DNA of 64,000 bases from Rebecca billardiae RCC1528. Its lineage: Eukaryota; Protista; Haptophyta. Below, one piece after another: positions 43,850-54,282 of this stretch. Under the pieces are notes generated by a model. It did no database searches and was not told the origin of the DNA. It saw nothing but the letters and a program-made list of their open reading frames with translations. Numbering within the stretch: the first letter of the stretch is position 1; each line of letters opens with the position of its first letter. The position numbers and the translations under genes are program-made. Location: contig OZ251226.1 in NCBI GenBank assembly GCA_965240325.2, positions 3,224,001 to 3,288,000 of the forward strand, read 5' to 3'.

Positions 43850-44887
43850 ATGGCGGCGGTCCTCGTGGCGCTACTTGCGGCTTCGGCAGGAGCGCCTTTG
43901 CGCGTGCTCGTGACTGGGGCGGGCGGTCGGACGGGCGTGCTCTGCTTCCAGAAGCTCGCGGAGCGTCCGAGTCAGTTCGCGCCGCCGCTCGGCCTCGTAC
44001 GCTCCGACTTCTCCGCGAAGAAGCTCAGGAAGAAAGTCGCGTGTGCGGACGACCAAATCATCCGGGCTGACGTGACGAGCGCTGCCTCGATGACGGACGC
44101 CCTGCGCGGGCGTGAGATAGACGCGATCGTGATCTGCACAAGCGCCGTCCCGAAGGTACGCGTGCTGAGCATCCTCAAGCTCCTCATCGGCAAGCTCTTC
44201 CGGCGGAAGGGGCTGCGCCCGTCCTTCTACTGGGCGGCAGGCGGCACGCCGGAGGAGGTGGACTACTACGGCACCCTCGCGCAAGTGGACGCGGCGAAGC
44301 AGCTCGGCGTGCGCCACGTGGTGCAGGTGAGCTCCATGGGTGGCACCGACGTGACCAATTTCCTGAACCAGATCGGTCTCAAGCCCGACGGTGCGCGCCG
44401 CGCACCGGGCAAGCTGCTGCCCTTTTGGTTGTGCGGGCGCCGCCCTCGCTGAGTCTGATCCCCCCGACTCCGTGCGCGCACAGGCACGGGTGGGCAGATC
44501 TTGCTGTGGAAGCGCAAGGGCGAGAAGTACCTCGTTGGCTCGGGCCTCCCGTACACCATCGTGCATCCCGGCGGGCTGCTCGACCAGCCGGGCGGCAAGC
44601 GCACGCTCGTGCTCGGTGTGGACGACGAGCTGCTCAAGCGCGAGTCACGCTCCATCCCGCGCGCGGACGTGGCCGAGCTGTGTGTGCAGGCGCTGCTGAG
44701 CGACGCGGCGAAGAATAAGGCGATCGATGCGATCAGCGAGGCCGAGGGCGAGGGAGCAGTGCCCTCGGCCGACGCGGACTTTGACGCGCTCTTCCGCTCG
44801 GTGACGCGCGAGTACGACTATTCGACCAAGGAGCCACCTGAGCCCAAGGCGGCACTGCCGGCGGGCTGGTGCCGCGACACGGCGTGA
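43850..44887 (+). CDS. NAD(P)-binding atypical SDR (NAD_binding_10 type); intron 44391-44483
   Basis: VLVTGAGGRTG, TSAVPK, PEEVDYYG, VSSMGGT, WKRKGEKYL, YTIVHPGGL, SIPRADVA; signal-like N-terminus. Confidence 0.9.
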
Positions 44888-45767
44888 GCCCACCGCCCCG
44901 CGCCTCCCGCGCGCCATCGCGTCCCTGCCCGGCTCCGGCGTTCGCTTTTCGAGAGCCATGCGACTCCGAGCCCGAATACCGCCGATCCTCAGAGGCTGTG
45001 AGACTGTGACGCATCGCAGTTTCACACGGCCGCCCCACCGACGGTGCCGACGGTGCGGCTGCCGAGGTGGCGCGGCCCCAGAGACGCCCCGGCCCCGGCC
45101 TCAGGCGACAGGCTCGGGCCTGCCGCCGTGCCGGCGCACGCCGTGCGGTGCCAAGATGTCGCCAGGCGCGCGCGAACTCCATCAATGCGATCGCCGCACA
45201 TGCTCGGTCCTCCCGAGCCCGGGCCAGCCGCGGCTGCCCGGTGATTTTCCTGAGCGGCCTGAGCCGCGTCCCGCGCGCGATGAAGTCTGATTGACGAATC
45301 ATTTCGTGACATGTCACCACAGCAGCAGAGAGAGAGAGAGATTTATAACGTCGTGGCATCGCGGCATATAATATATATATATATATTATAATATCCGTTG
45401 CATTCCACGTCGTTAATATTAACGACGTGGCAGCATCCGACAAGCGTCAGGCTCAGAGTGCAACAGACACATAGAATGCGTCGTTAATATATATATATCT
45501 ATAGAGATAATGTCAGCTGTATTGCCGTTTTGGAACTATACTTGTGGTCAGGTGTATTGCCAAACGCACGTTTTGACTACCGTGGTCAGTTGTATTGCCG
45601 TTTTCCATGTTTGGGAATCACATGTCAATATTGTTGCCAACGTCGAATACTTGTGTCAGGTGTATTGCCGTGGATGATGGCCCAATACTTTGTCCAGCTG
45701 TATTGCCGTCGCGTAGTGTGGGTCAGTTGTAGCCTGTCCGGCCCCCCCTCCGCTGGCTACGGGGGGC

Positions 45768-47903
45768 CTGCCGAAAGTCTGCTCTAGCGGGACCCCCGCG
45801 CACTGGGGCTGCACTGGGCGCGAGCTCTGCGGGGACGTGGCGAGCGGGTCGGTGCGCGCCGCGGGCTGGGTGCGCGATTTTACCAACGTATCGGTCGATC
45901 TGACCCTCCCCGTCGCGCCGCTCTTGCCCTCGCGGCCTCTCTTTCCCCCAACACGGGTGCGCGCAGCCGCTTGAACAGCCTGGCTGCAGGTCGTTCACAG
46001 ACGGCAGGCCGCGTGCAACCTGCGCGGGTGAAGAGGGGTGGCTTGTTGCATGGTTGCGTGGCTGACGCTCATATGTGGCCTTGCGAGCCTTTGTGTGCGA
46101 GGTTACTTGCCCACATCCGCTCTCGCGTGTCATGCGCGCGTGTAACGTACACCATCGGATCTCCGCTGCGCTTGCGCTTGTCCACCTGCTGCCAGCTGGG
46201 CCAGCGTGGGGCCACTGCAGGCACTAAGACGGTGACGCCATATCGTTGACATGTTCTGTCGCATGCTTGTGGCCTTCGTGTTTGCTATCTGCGTGCTTGA
46301 TATTGAAGGCAGTGCTTCTGGCAGGTGCATTCCTGAAGTTGCCCGTCGAGTCACCCTCGGCTCCCGCGTCACTGTGTTACACAGACTCACAGCTCCGGTG
46401 CGAGAGTGGGAATCATCAAGCATCGTCGCCCGCATGCTTGTGGCGTACAAGCACGCTCCGAGCGGGCAGGCTGCCGTCCCGTTCTCCGACGCAACGCGCC
46501 ACAAGGTCATGTCGTTAGCGTGGCCGGGTTTAAAATTAAATCCACGGCGATTATTATAATAAGAAAAGAAACGAATATTGAGCAACCCCGCCCGCCGGCC
46601 AGGCCGACTACCTCCCCCACGGCTAGGGTGAGCGCCATCCCCGACCGCACCGGCGGCTGGCGTGAGCATCCACGCAGACTACTCTCACTAGCTTACTGCA
46701 TCAACTCGGACCGTCACTCGTCAGCCGGGACCGACGGCGGCAACGGCGCAGTGACGACCGACGACTGCAAGCGGTCACAGCGGCGTCTCAGTGATCAGCA
46801 GTGTCGGCGACGACTCCCTCATCCGCGGCTAACGCGCTCACATCCTCCGCCTCCAATCAGTATTTCGACAGACGAATCAGGAGAGCTGCGTCCTCATGCC
46901 TGATGTGTCTTTAAATCCTAGAATTGTCAGAGTACAGTTTATTTGTTTTAACGTGCGTAAGGCTCACGGTGGCAGGTTGCCGCGCCATCCTTCATCGCAC
47001 GCTCTCCGAAGAGAGACCTGGAAACTGGGGGTTTGAACCCATGACCTCAGACGCAAGAGCACGCCAGTACTCCCACTCGGCCACAGACCGGCGTTACAGT
47101 ACAGTAGCGCTGTAGAGTGTAGTGCAGCAGCGGCAGCAGGAGAGCGCACACACCGCGCCGGCGACGTGGACAAGCCGACGCTTGATCTAGTACGTTGCTG
47201 ACTTCATCTGCCATCCGATGCTCAGCCGTGCGGTACCCCATCACCCAAGCTATCCTGGGCACTGGTCTCTCAGCCTGGCGCGATGCCCGTCGTCACAGGT
47301 CAGGTTGACACGAATGACGAGTCAGATGCCCATGTCGTTTTGGCTGCTGGACTCCGCTTCACAGTGCACACCTCCAGTGGACGGGAGGAACGTAACGCAG
47401 CGCGCGCACTTGCACTCGCCTGGATGCGAGCCCGTCAGAATGTCGACGATCTCGCGCGCGACGTGGATAGCCAGTGGCAGTGGCCTCGGCTGCTGCAAGG
47501 CGGGTCGCAAACGGCATAGTGTTCGTTGCACGCGCGCATGACACGCGAGAGCGGATGTGGGCAAGTAACCTCGCACACAAAGGCTCGCAAGGCCACACAT
47601 GAGCGTCAGCCGCGCAACCACGCAACAAGCCACCCCTCTTCACCCGCGCAGGTTGCACGCGGCCTGCCGTCTGTGAACGACCTGCAGCCAGGCTGTTCAA
47701 GCGGCTGCGCGCACCCGTGTTGGGGGGAAGAGAGGCCGCGAGGGCAAGAGCGGCGCGACGGGGAGGGTCAGATCGACCGATACGTTGGTAAAATCGCGCA
47801 CCCAGCCCACGGCGCGCGCCGACCCGCTCGCCACGTCCCCGCAGAGCTCGCGCCCGGAACGACCCCAGTGCGCGGGGGTCCCGCTAGAGCAGACTTTCGG
47901 CAG
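45768..47903. repeat. Inverted repeat with 380-bp arms (45768-46147 / 47524-47903)
   Basis: Arms are near-identical reverse complements, mirrored in the ORF track (TRESGCGQVTSHTKARK... on both strands). Confidence 0.9.
47025..47090 (-). other. tRNA-derived Pol III promoter-like head (SINE head or tRNA pseudogene)
   Basis: A-box TGGCCGAGTGG (47083-47073) and B-box GGTTCAAAC (47039-47031), 33 nt apart; no clean acceptor stem seen. Confidence 0.5.
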
Positions 47904-49420
47904 CCTCTACACAGCAGTGTAGAGTCGGACAGCCTAGGTCAGTTGTATTGCCGTTTGCGCATCTTTGATCAGGTTTGTTGCCGCGATCGCGCACGCGCTG
48001 ATGATGGCGCTGGCGCCCACGCGCCGCCGGCGTGCGCGGCGTGCCCTTGAGCAGGCCTAGCTGATCCCAGGCCAGAAGAGTGACGTTCAACGACGACGAT
48101 CTCTGCCGGGGTAGCGCCGTGTTCCTCGACATCATCAAGCCGAACGACGACCTGAACCGTGGACCGGAATCTGCACAAACGCTGCCGCATGCGCGCGCAG
48201 TGCAACACGCGCGTGCACCTCGGGCCACTCGCCGTCTACGCGGAGACGGGCGAGAATCCGTCGCGACTTCTATCGAATCGGCGTTGCTCCGTGCTCACAT
48301 CGACTCCGGGACCGTCAAGCGCGCAGTCGATGACATTGCGACGGCAGCGCATGCAGGTGCATGCGTGAAGCAGGGTGAGCATGTGTTGCTGCGCCCCGAT
48401 TCGCGGGAGTCGAACGTGCACGACGGGCGTGTGCTCTTCAACGGCCTCAAGGAGCTTGACCAACGCGACGCGCGTCCCCCTCACTGCCTGCCATCGACTG
48501 TCATTCACACCGTGGCGATCAACCAACGCGCGTCGCTCTCGCTCGTGCAACACTGCTGGCGCGTGCCTTTTTGCGATTGTCATCACTCCAACAGCAGACT
48601 GCCCTGTGGCCAACCGTGTGCAGGTGGCTGACCGTGCGCCAGTCGCACTCGTCAACGCAGGCTGATTGGCCCGTGGAGGAGGAAGTCCAAGGCGTACTGC
48701 CAGCTGGGACACAACGCACCGACCGGCGGGCGGTGCGCCGCGCGCGCCTCGACGAGCCAGCAAGCAGGAGGGGCAGGCGACGCTTCCTGCTGCTGCTGGA
48801 ACCCGAGTGGCAGGCTTGGCGAGCGCGGTCGCAGCTTGAGGCGGCGCGTGCAGCGGCATGGGACGTGATGCGGCTCACGTGGCCGCTGAAGTAGCAGCAG
48901 TCCCGATGGCGCTGGCGGCCGGCCGCCGGCGGGCGGCAAGCGCGACGGCGACGGGAAGCGCCGACTACTACTGGAAGTCAAGATGAGCTACGCAGGCCGC
49001 ATGATGATGGCATGTCGGTTGGTTGCAGTCGCGTATCCTGCATGCCGCGCGCAGGCAGTCGCAGCTCTGCACGCACGCGCACACGGGCTGCGCGAGTCTC
49101 TTGTCTGAGTGCGAGTTGTGCCCCAGCCATGAGCTGCTGGCGGCAATACAACTGACACATAGTTATGGAAAGGGCAATATTTCTGAGCAGACTATGTTCA
49201 AGCTCGAAAACGGCAATATTCGTGAACCAAGTACTGTGAAAGGGTCATTGGTTTGAAACCAGTATTTGAGGGGCAATATTGTTGACACACTATCCAAAAG
49301 CGGCAATATTCTTGACCCATACTACTGAAAACGGCAATACAACTGACCACGGTAGTCATAACGTGCTTTTGGCAATACAACTGACCACACTATCCAAAGC
49401 GGCAATACAACTGACGTCGG

Positions 49421-49423
<3 letters not shown>

Positions 49424-49461
<38 letters not shown>
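49424..49461. repeat. (AT)n microsatellite
   Basis: About 19 AT units, read directly. Confidence 0.95.
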
Positions 49462-49463
<2 letters not shown>

Positions 49464-49637
49464 CATCATCGACGAAATATATATATTATTATTTCATCAT
49501 CGACGAATGTAGTTGCCAATGATCGAACTCCGCGCGTTTCATCATCAGCACGGTTAGCTATCGGCAGCAGCCGATCATATTGACGTCCGACTTGCATGCG
49601 TAATTGTGTCAGCATCGTCATTGGTCAGGTTGGAGGC

Positions 49638-51893
49638 TCACGCTCCCTGCTCGAGCTGGCAGCGGATGACTTCCTCGATGCACTTGAGGCCGTCCGGCGA
49701 CTTGTCGACGCACATGTCCAGCCCGGCCGCCTCGAATTCGGCGCGCTCGGGGCTGCCCGACGGGTCTCCCGTCATGCCGATGATCATGCCAGGGAAGCCG
49801 CTCTGGCGCAGCTTCCTCGTCGCCTCCGCGCCGCCGACGCGTGGCATCTGGTTGTCAATCAGCACGACGGTGTACGGGTGCTGCTCGCCCGCCGCCTGCT
49901 CGACGGCGTCGAGCGCGAGGGCGCCGTCGGCCACGGTCGTGAACTCGACATGCAGCCGCTTGAAGAGCTGCCTCGCGAGCACGAGCTGCAGCACCTTGTC
50001 ATCCTCCGCATGCAAGCAGCGGCATCGGGGCGCGCGCTCCGTGGGTGCGAGGACGTTCGTCTTCCGACTGGACATGCGGCGCGCCCGCGAAGCCGCCACA
50101 ACGGGCGCCGGCGCGCTGGCCACCGCCTCGGTGGTGGGCGTGGCGGCCTGTGCGCGGAGCATGCCAAGCGAGTGCGAGTGCACGGCTGGCACGGCATCGT
50201 CCTCGGCGGCGTGCCGTCGCACCTTAGCCGTGTGCGCGAGCGGTAGCACAAGGTCGAGCGTGAAAGTCACGCCTTGCCGCTCGCCCGCAGAGTCGAGCGA
50301 GAGCGTCGATCCGTTGTGCAGCGCGAGGATCTGCCGCACGATCGACAGGCCGAGGCCGGTGCCGCCGCTGCCCTGGAGCTGGCCCTTGCCCACCTGCGTG
50401 AACGCGTCGCCCTTGCGCACGGTGTGCAGATCCTCCGCGCTCAGCCCGAGACCCTCGTCCGCGATGAAGATGCACACGCGCGCGAGGCCGTCGGCGTCGG
50501 CGTCGGCGGCCTGGGCAGAGGGCGCCACGAACGAGGCGGGCGTCGAGACGGCGGCGTCGTGGCCGTCGCGCGCGCCGACAGTGATTGTCTGCCCTGGCTC
50601 CGAAAACTTGATTGCGTTCGAGAGGCCGTTGGACACGCACTGCAGCAGCCGGCGGACGTCACCCACGTACTCACGTTTCTGCACCGCCGGCGGCACCGCC
50701 TTGAACACGAGGCGCACCTTCTTGCCCTGCGCGATCGGCTCGAAGGTGTGCCGCGCGTCTGCGAACAGCTGCGCCACCGTAAAGGGCGCGAGGACGAGCG
50801 CCATGCGCCCGCTGTCGATGCGCTCAAAGTCGAGCATGTCGCTCACGATGCCCTGCATCACGCGTGAGCACGTGAGCATCGCACTGAGCGAGAGCCCCAC
50901 GCACGCGTCATCGAGGCGCGTGTCGCCCTGCAGCCCGCCCATCTGCTCGGCGGCCGAGTGGATCGCGAGCAGCGGCGAGCGCAGGTCGTGCATCACCGCG
51001 CGGATCAGCCGCGAGCGTGCGCCGGAGGTGGACTCGAGCGCGTGCGCCTTGACACGCTGCTCGTGCTCCTGCTTCTGAACGCGGCGCCAGGCGCTCGCCG
51101 CCGCGATCATCGAGCGCTTGAAATGGAACTGGCCGCGCTCGGTGCGCACGCGTGCGGTGTGGGCGAGCGCGATGAAGACGGCGAGCGTCAGGAACACGCC
51201 CGCGTCGCTCGGAGAGGCGCGCGGCATCATCGGGCACGAGACGAAGAAGTCGGGCACGACGAGCGCGATGCCGATGCTCAACGAGACGAGGCTCAGATGC
51301 GCCGTGCACATCGGCGTGTACAGCCCCGCGGCGAGCACGAAGCAGAAGGCGCGCAGTAGCAGCGCGCTCAGGCCCTCCAGGGCGCACGCCTCGGCGGGCA
51401 GCGGCCCGTCGACAAAGTGGGCAAGGCGGCTCGTGTTGAGGCTCAGGACGCCGGCTGAGGCGGCAGCAAACCAGCCAGTGGACACGCGCTCGACCCATGC
51501 GAGCGAAATCGCCGCCGGGTGCAGGTGTGCAGCGCGCACGAACGTGAACACGGCCCACGCCGTCGACGTGAGCGCGAGGTATGTCAGCGCGTGCGGCGTC
51601 ATGCGCCCTGTCGACGCCGGGGTGAAGGCGGGGAGGATGATGCCGACGGTGCCCACGACTGCAGTGACGCGTGACATGCTCTGCACGTAGCGCGCGCGCA
51701 GCTCAGCCGTGCGATACTCGTGCTCGACGTCGCGATCGGCAAACTCGCCAAAGCGCGTGAGGACGGGCGGCTCGCCCGGGGCGAAATCCACAGACGGCGC
51801 CTCCGAGTTCAGCGAGATAGCGGTGAGGCATTCGTCGTCCGCGCGCGGTGTCTGGAGGCTGGGTACTGTGGAAGGCGCGGGAACGTCCGGCAT
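49638..51893 (-). CDS. Membrane hybrid sensor histidine kinase (TM-HisKA-HATPase-REC)
   Basis: H box AVMHDLRSPL, N box SNGLSNAIKF, G1 IADEGLG, F DAFTQ, G2 GTGLGLSI; receiver AEDD...IDNQMP...GMTG...DK; several N-terminal TM helices; intronless. Confidence 0.95.
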   Translation of the reverse strand: MPDVPAPSTVPSLQTPRADDECLTAISLNSEAPSVDFAPGEPPVLTRFGEFADRDVEHEYRTAELRARYVQSMSRVTAVVGTVGIILPAFTPASTGRMTPHALTYLALTSTAWAVFTFVRAAHLHPAAISLAWVERVSTGWFAAASAGVLSLNTSRLAHFVDGPLPAEACALEGLSALLLRAFCFVLAAGLYTPMCTAHLSLVSLSIGIALVVPDFFVSCPMMPRASPSDAGVFLTLAVFIALAHTARVRTERGQFHFKRSMIAAASAWRRVQKQEHEQRVKAHALESTSGARSRLIRAVMHDLRSPLLAIHSAAEQMGGLQGDTRLDDACVGLSLSAMLTCSRVMQGIVSDMLDFERIDSGRMALVLAPFTVAQLFADARHTFEPIAQGKKVRLVFKAVPPAVQKREYVGDVRRLLQCVSNGLSNAIKFSEPGQTITVGARDGHDAAVSTPASFVAPSAQAADADADGLARVCIFIADEGLGLSAEDLHTVRKGDAFTQVGKGQLQGSGGTGLGLSIVRQILALHNGSTLSLDSAGERQGVTFTLDLVLPLAHTAKVRRHAAEDDAVPAVHSHSLGMLRAQAATPTTEAVASAPAPVVAASRARRMSSRKTNVLAPTERAPRCRCLHAEDDKVLQLVLARQLFKRLHVEFTTVADGALALDAVEQAAGEQHPYTVVLIDNQMPRVGGAEATRKLRQSGFPGMIIGMTGDPSGSPERAEFEAAGLDMCVDKSPDGLKCIEEVIRCQLEQGA

Positions 51894-53459
51894 GAGAGAT
51901 CTGCACGAGTGAGAGCTTGAGAGCGTGGGGTTGCTGGGGACGGATTTGTGTTGCTGGTCAGGTCGGTCGTCGCTTTCGTTGAAAGGTCTGGTACCCGCTC
52001 GCCACCTGGGTAGGTTTCGATTTCATTAGGAGAACATCAGGAAGTATTGATGAGGTCGTAATGAGCTCATCATACACATTCTCCAATTGATTAGATCGGA
52101 TTGGCGGTTTTTTTGAGCTCAATCTCGACCGGCGAGCTTGCAATCTCAAGAACGTGGCGTACAACATGATGAATATCGCACATTAGAGCTCTATTCATTT
52201 CTGAGATGGATCAATACACAATTAATGAACAGCGACTGTACTTCTTGAATACAGCTTACCGACCGAGGGAGATTGCTGCATGAGCCTGTATCTCCCTGGA
52301 GCTACAGTTACGGGTATGGCCAGCGGCCCCCCAGCGTGCGCGAGCAACGCGATCCGTGCACTCCTCGGTGACCGGCGAGTGCACGAATCCAGTTGCGACG
52401 CTCGTCCGCCTCGTCTTCGTCGCACATAAGGTACACTGAGAGCATGGGTCACATGTCAGATCTCTCTGCGCACTCGCTCACGCTGCCCACGCAGCGAGGC
52501 ACTGGCGGCAGCGGCTTGTTCTCATCATCTTGGCCAAGGCTGCAGCCTGCCAGATGCGCGAGGACGCGTGTGCACGCCTTTCCGCGCGTCATGGGTGCGC
52601 GTGGCTTGCATCGTGTCGTAGTCTACGCCAAGGAGGCCTGACCATCGGACCAAACAACCTGCCGCGATGACGTTCAAATACTGCCGGCAAGCTGCATGCG
52701 AGCGTACGCAGCACAAGCATCTCAAGCTCGACAAGGTAGTGGTGGCGGAGCGTGTAGAGCTGGTGTCGATTGCATTCCATCTTCTATCAACTGGCCTGGG
52801 TTGCCAAATGGCACGGGCGCGACGCAGCCAAGGCAGAGCCAGAGTGCAGTGCAGCTTCTCGTCTCCTGATTGGGCACCGTGCCGTGCCCTGCGCCGTGAC
52901 CTCTGTGTCATGGCGAAGCACCATGGCAAGGCTTAGCAGCAAACCTTGGCATCATCTTTCAATACAGCTCAGCGCCCTAGTACGAACATTATTTCGAGAA
53001 TCATCACGGTCCGGTGGCAGCACACTGGCACCGTGAGCCGCCGGTGCCAGTGTCACTGCCCTGCATCGCCAGTGTCTCGGCGGGTCCCGCAACACTCCAA
53101 CAGCCACAGCCCTGAGCCCGCACAGGGCTCATGCCGCGACTAAACAGTATAAACTAGTAGTAGTAACTGTAAAACTCGCGGTGACATAGGGCTTATAATG
53201 CGACGCCGATACAATGAACTCTTCGTCGTATACTCAGTCAGACGACTTTACTTGAATAACCTACGTATACCCTTATATAATACAGTCTAGTGGAACGGCG
53301 AATCGTGCAGCCCTCGCGGGATCACACGATTCGTGAGTCACTTCGGCTGCGTGTCGGACTAGGGCGACTAGGCGCCGGCCCGGTCTGCGCATCGTCCAGT
53401 GTCGGGACTGCTGATTCTGCGATCGGCACGACGAGCTCACGACGCTCACATCACGACGC

Positions 53460-54125
53460 TCACATGAAGTCGTCCTCCAAGTCGCGCGCGGCCTCGATCT
53501 CGCTCTTGCCCTGCAGCTTGAGCTTGTCCAGCATGTCTGTGTTCGACTGCATGCGGTCCTCGTCGAAGACATCCTTGTACGAGCGGATCTCCTGCTCCCG
53601 CTCGATCTCCTGTCGTCGCGCCTTCTCAACAAGGCGCTGTGCCTGCTGCTGCTTTCGCCGCGAAGCAGCCTCAGCCTGATCACGCTCCTCCCTCAGCGCC
53701 TGGAAGTTTGGATTCTCCTCGCGCTTCGACTTCTCGAGCCGATTGACGATCTCATTGATCCGCCTGTGCACCTTCACACGCTGCACCTCCTTCGGGCGGT
53801 GGAAGCCCACCTGGCCCACCGCCATATCGCCCGTCTTTTTCAAGTTGGACCACATGGTGTACACGATCTGCACGTCGTTCAGCTTGCAGCCCTCGATCGA
53901 GTTGAGCTTTGTGAGCTGCGCACAATCCTCGATCACCTCCTCGGGGACGTCCTCGATCGTCTGCCCTTCCAAGAGGCGGATGTACACGTGCGCCGAGCTG
54001 TGCTTGTCGACGTGGAACCACACGTCCTCGGGCCATCCCCAGCGTATGAGCTCCTCGTTCTCCACCTTGTCGCGGCCCATGTACATCAGGTAGCGCGGGT
54101 CGCGCCCAGTGAAGTAGAAGACCAT
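53460..54125 (-). CDS. CCDC25: Coiled-coil domain-containing protein 25 (NFACT-R domain)
   Basis: MVFYF...[34 protein letters not shown]...NSIEGCK...[17 protein letters not shown]...EDDFM. Confidence 0.95.
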   Translation of the reverse strand: MVFYFTGRDPRYLMYMGRDKVENEELIRWGWPEDVWFHVDKHSSAHVYIRLLEGQTIEDVPEEVIEDCAQLTKLNSIEGCKLNDVQIVYTMWSNLKKTGDMAVGQVGFHRPKEVQRVKVHRRINEIVNRLEKSKREENPNFQALREERDQAEAASRRKQQQAQRLVEKARRQEIEREQEIRSYKDVFDEDRMQSNTDMLDKLKLQGKSEIEAARDLEDDFM

Positions 54126-54282
54126 CGTGCAGCTAGATGCACGCGGCCGCGGGCGGCCCCGCGCAGGCGGGGCACCTGAAGAACTGTGAAGTCCTGAACT
54201 CCCCGTCCGGCTTGTCAAGACCGTTCCGGCCAGAGCGACTGTTTCGCCCGCCAGCGGGTCGGTGGTTGAGGGCGGCGCAACG

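Larger units (their letters stand above)
45504..49423. mobile_element. ~3.9-kb non-autonomous TIR element with subterminal repeat arrays, inserted in (TA)n
   Basis: GTCAG(T/C/G)TGTATTGCC arrays at 45512-45735 and inverted at 49142-49415. The outer ~95 bp align, including spacers. Both termini read GAG-N5-GTCAG; TA-rich flanks. Confidence 0.75.

Noticed and set aside
45512-45735. CRISPR-like array of 15-bp repeats with varying spacers (also 49142-49415)
   Set aside because: Repeats are short and degenerate, spacers are mirrored at the opposite end as part of a TIR, there are no cas genes, and the context is eukaryotic.
1875-51893. Apparent cluster of signalling genes (EF-hands, CNB, Popeye, histidine kinase, Dispatched) as one pathway
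   Set aside because: They are interspersed with unrelated housekeeping genes and these families are large in algae; no evidence of functional clustering.
52330-53100. Possible transposase remnant, and a 12-bp stem hairpin at 53022-53053
   Set aside because: No DDE/HUH/RT motifs or paired termini recognised; an isolated hairpin is weak evidence.
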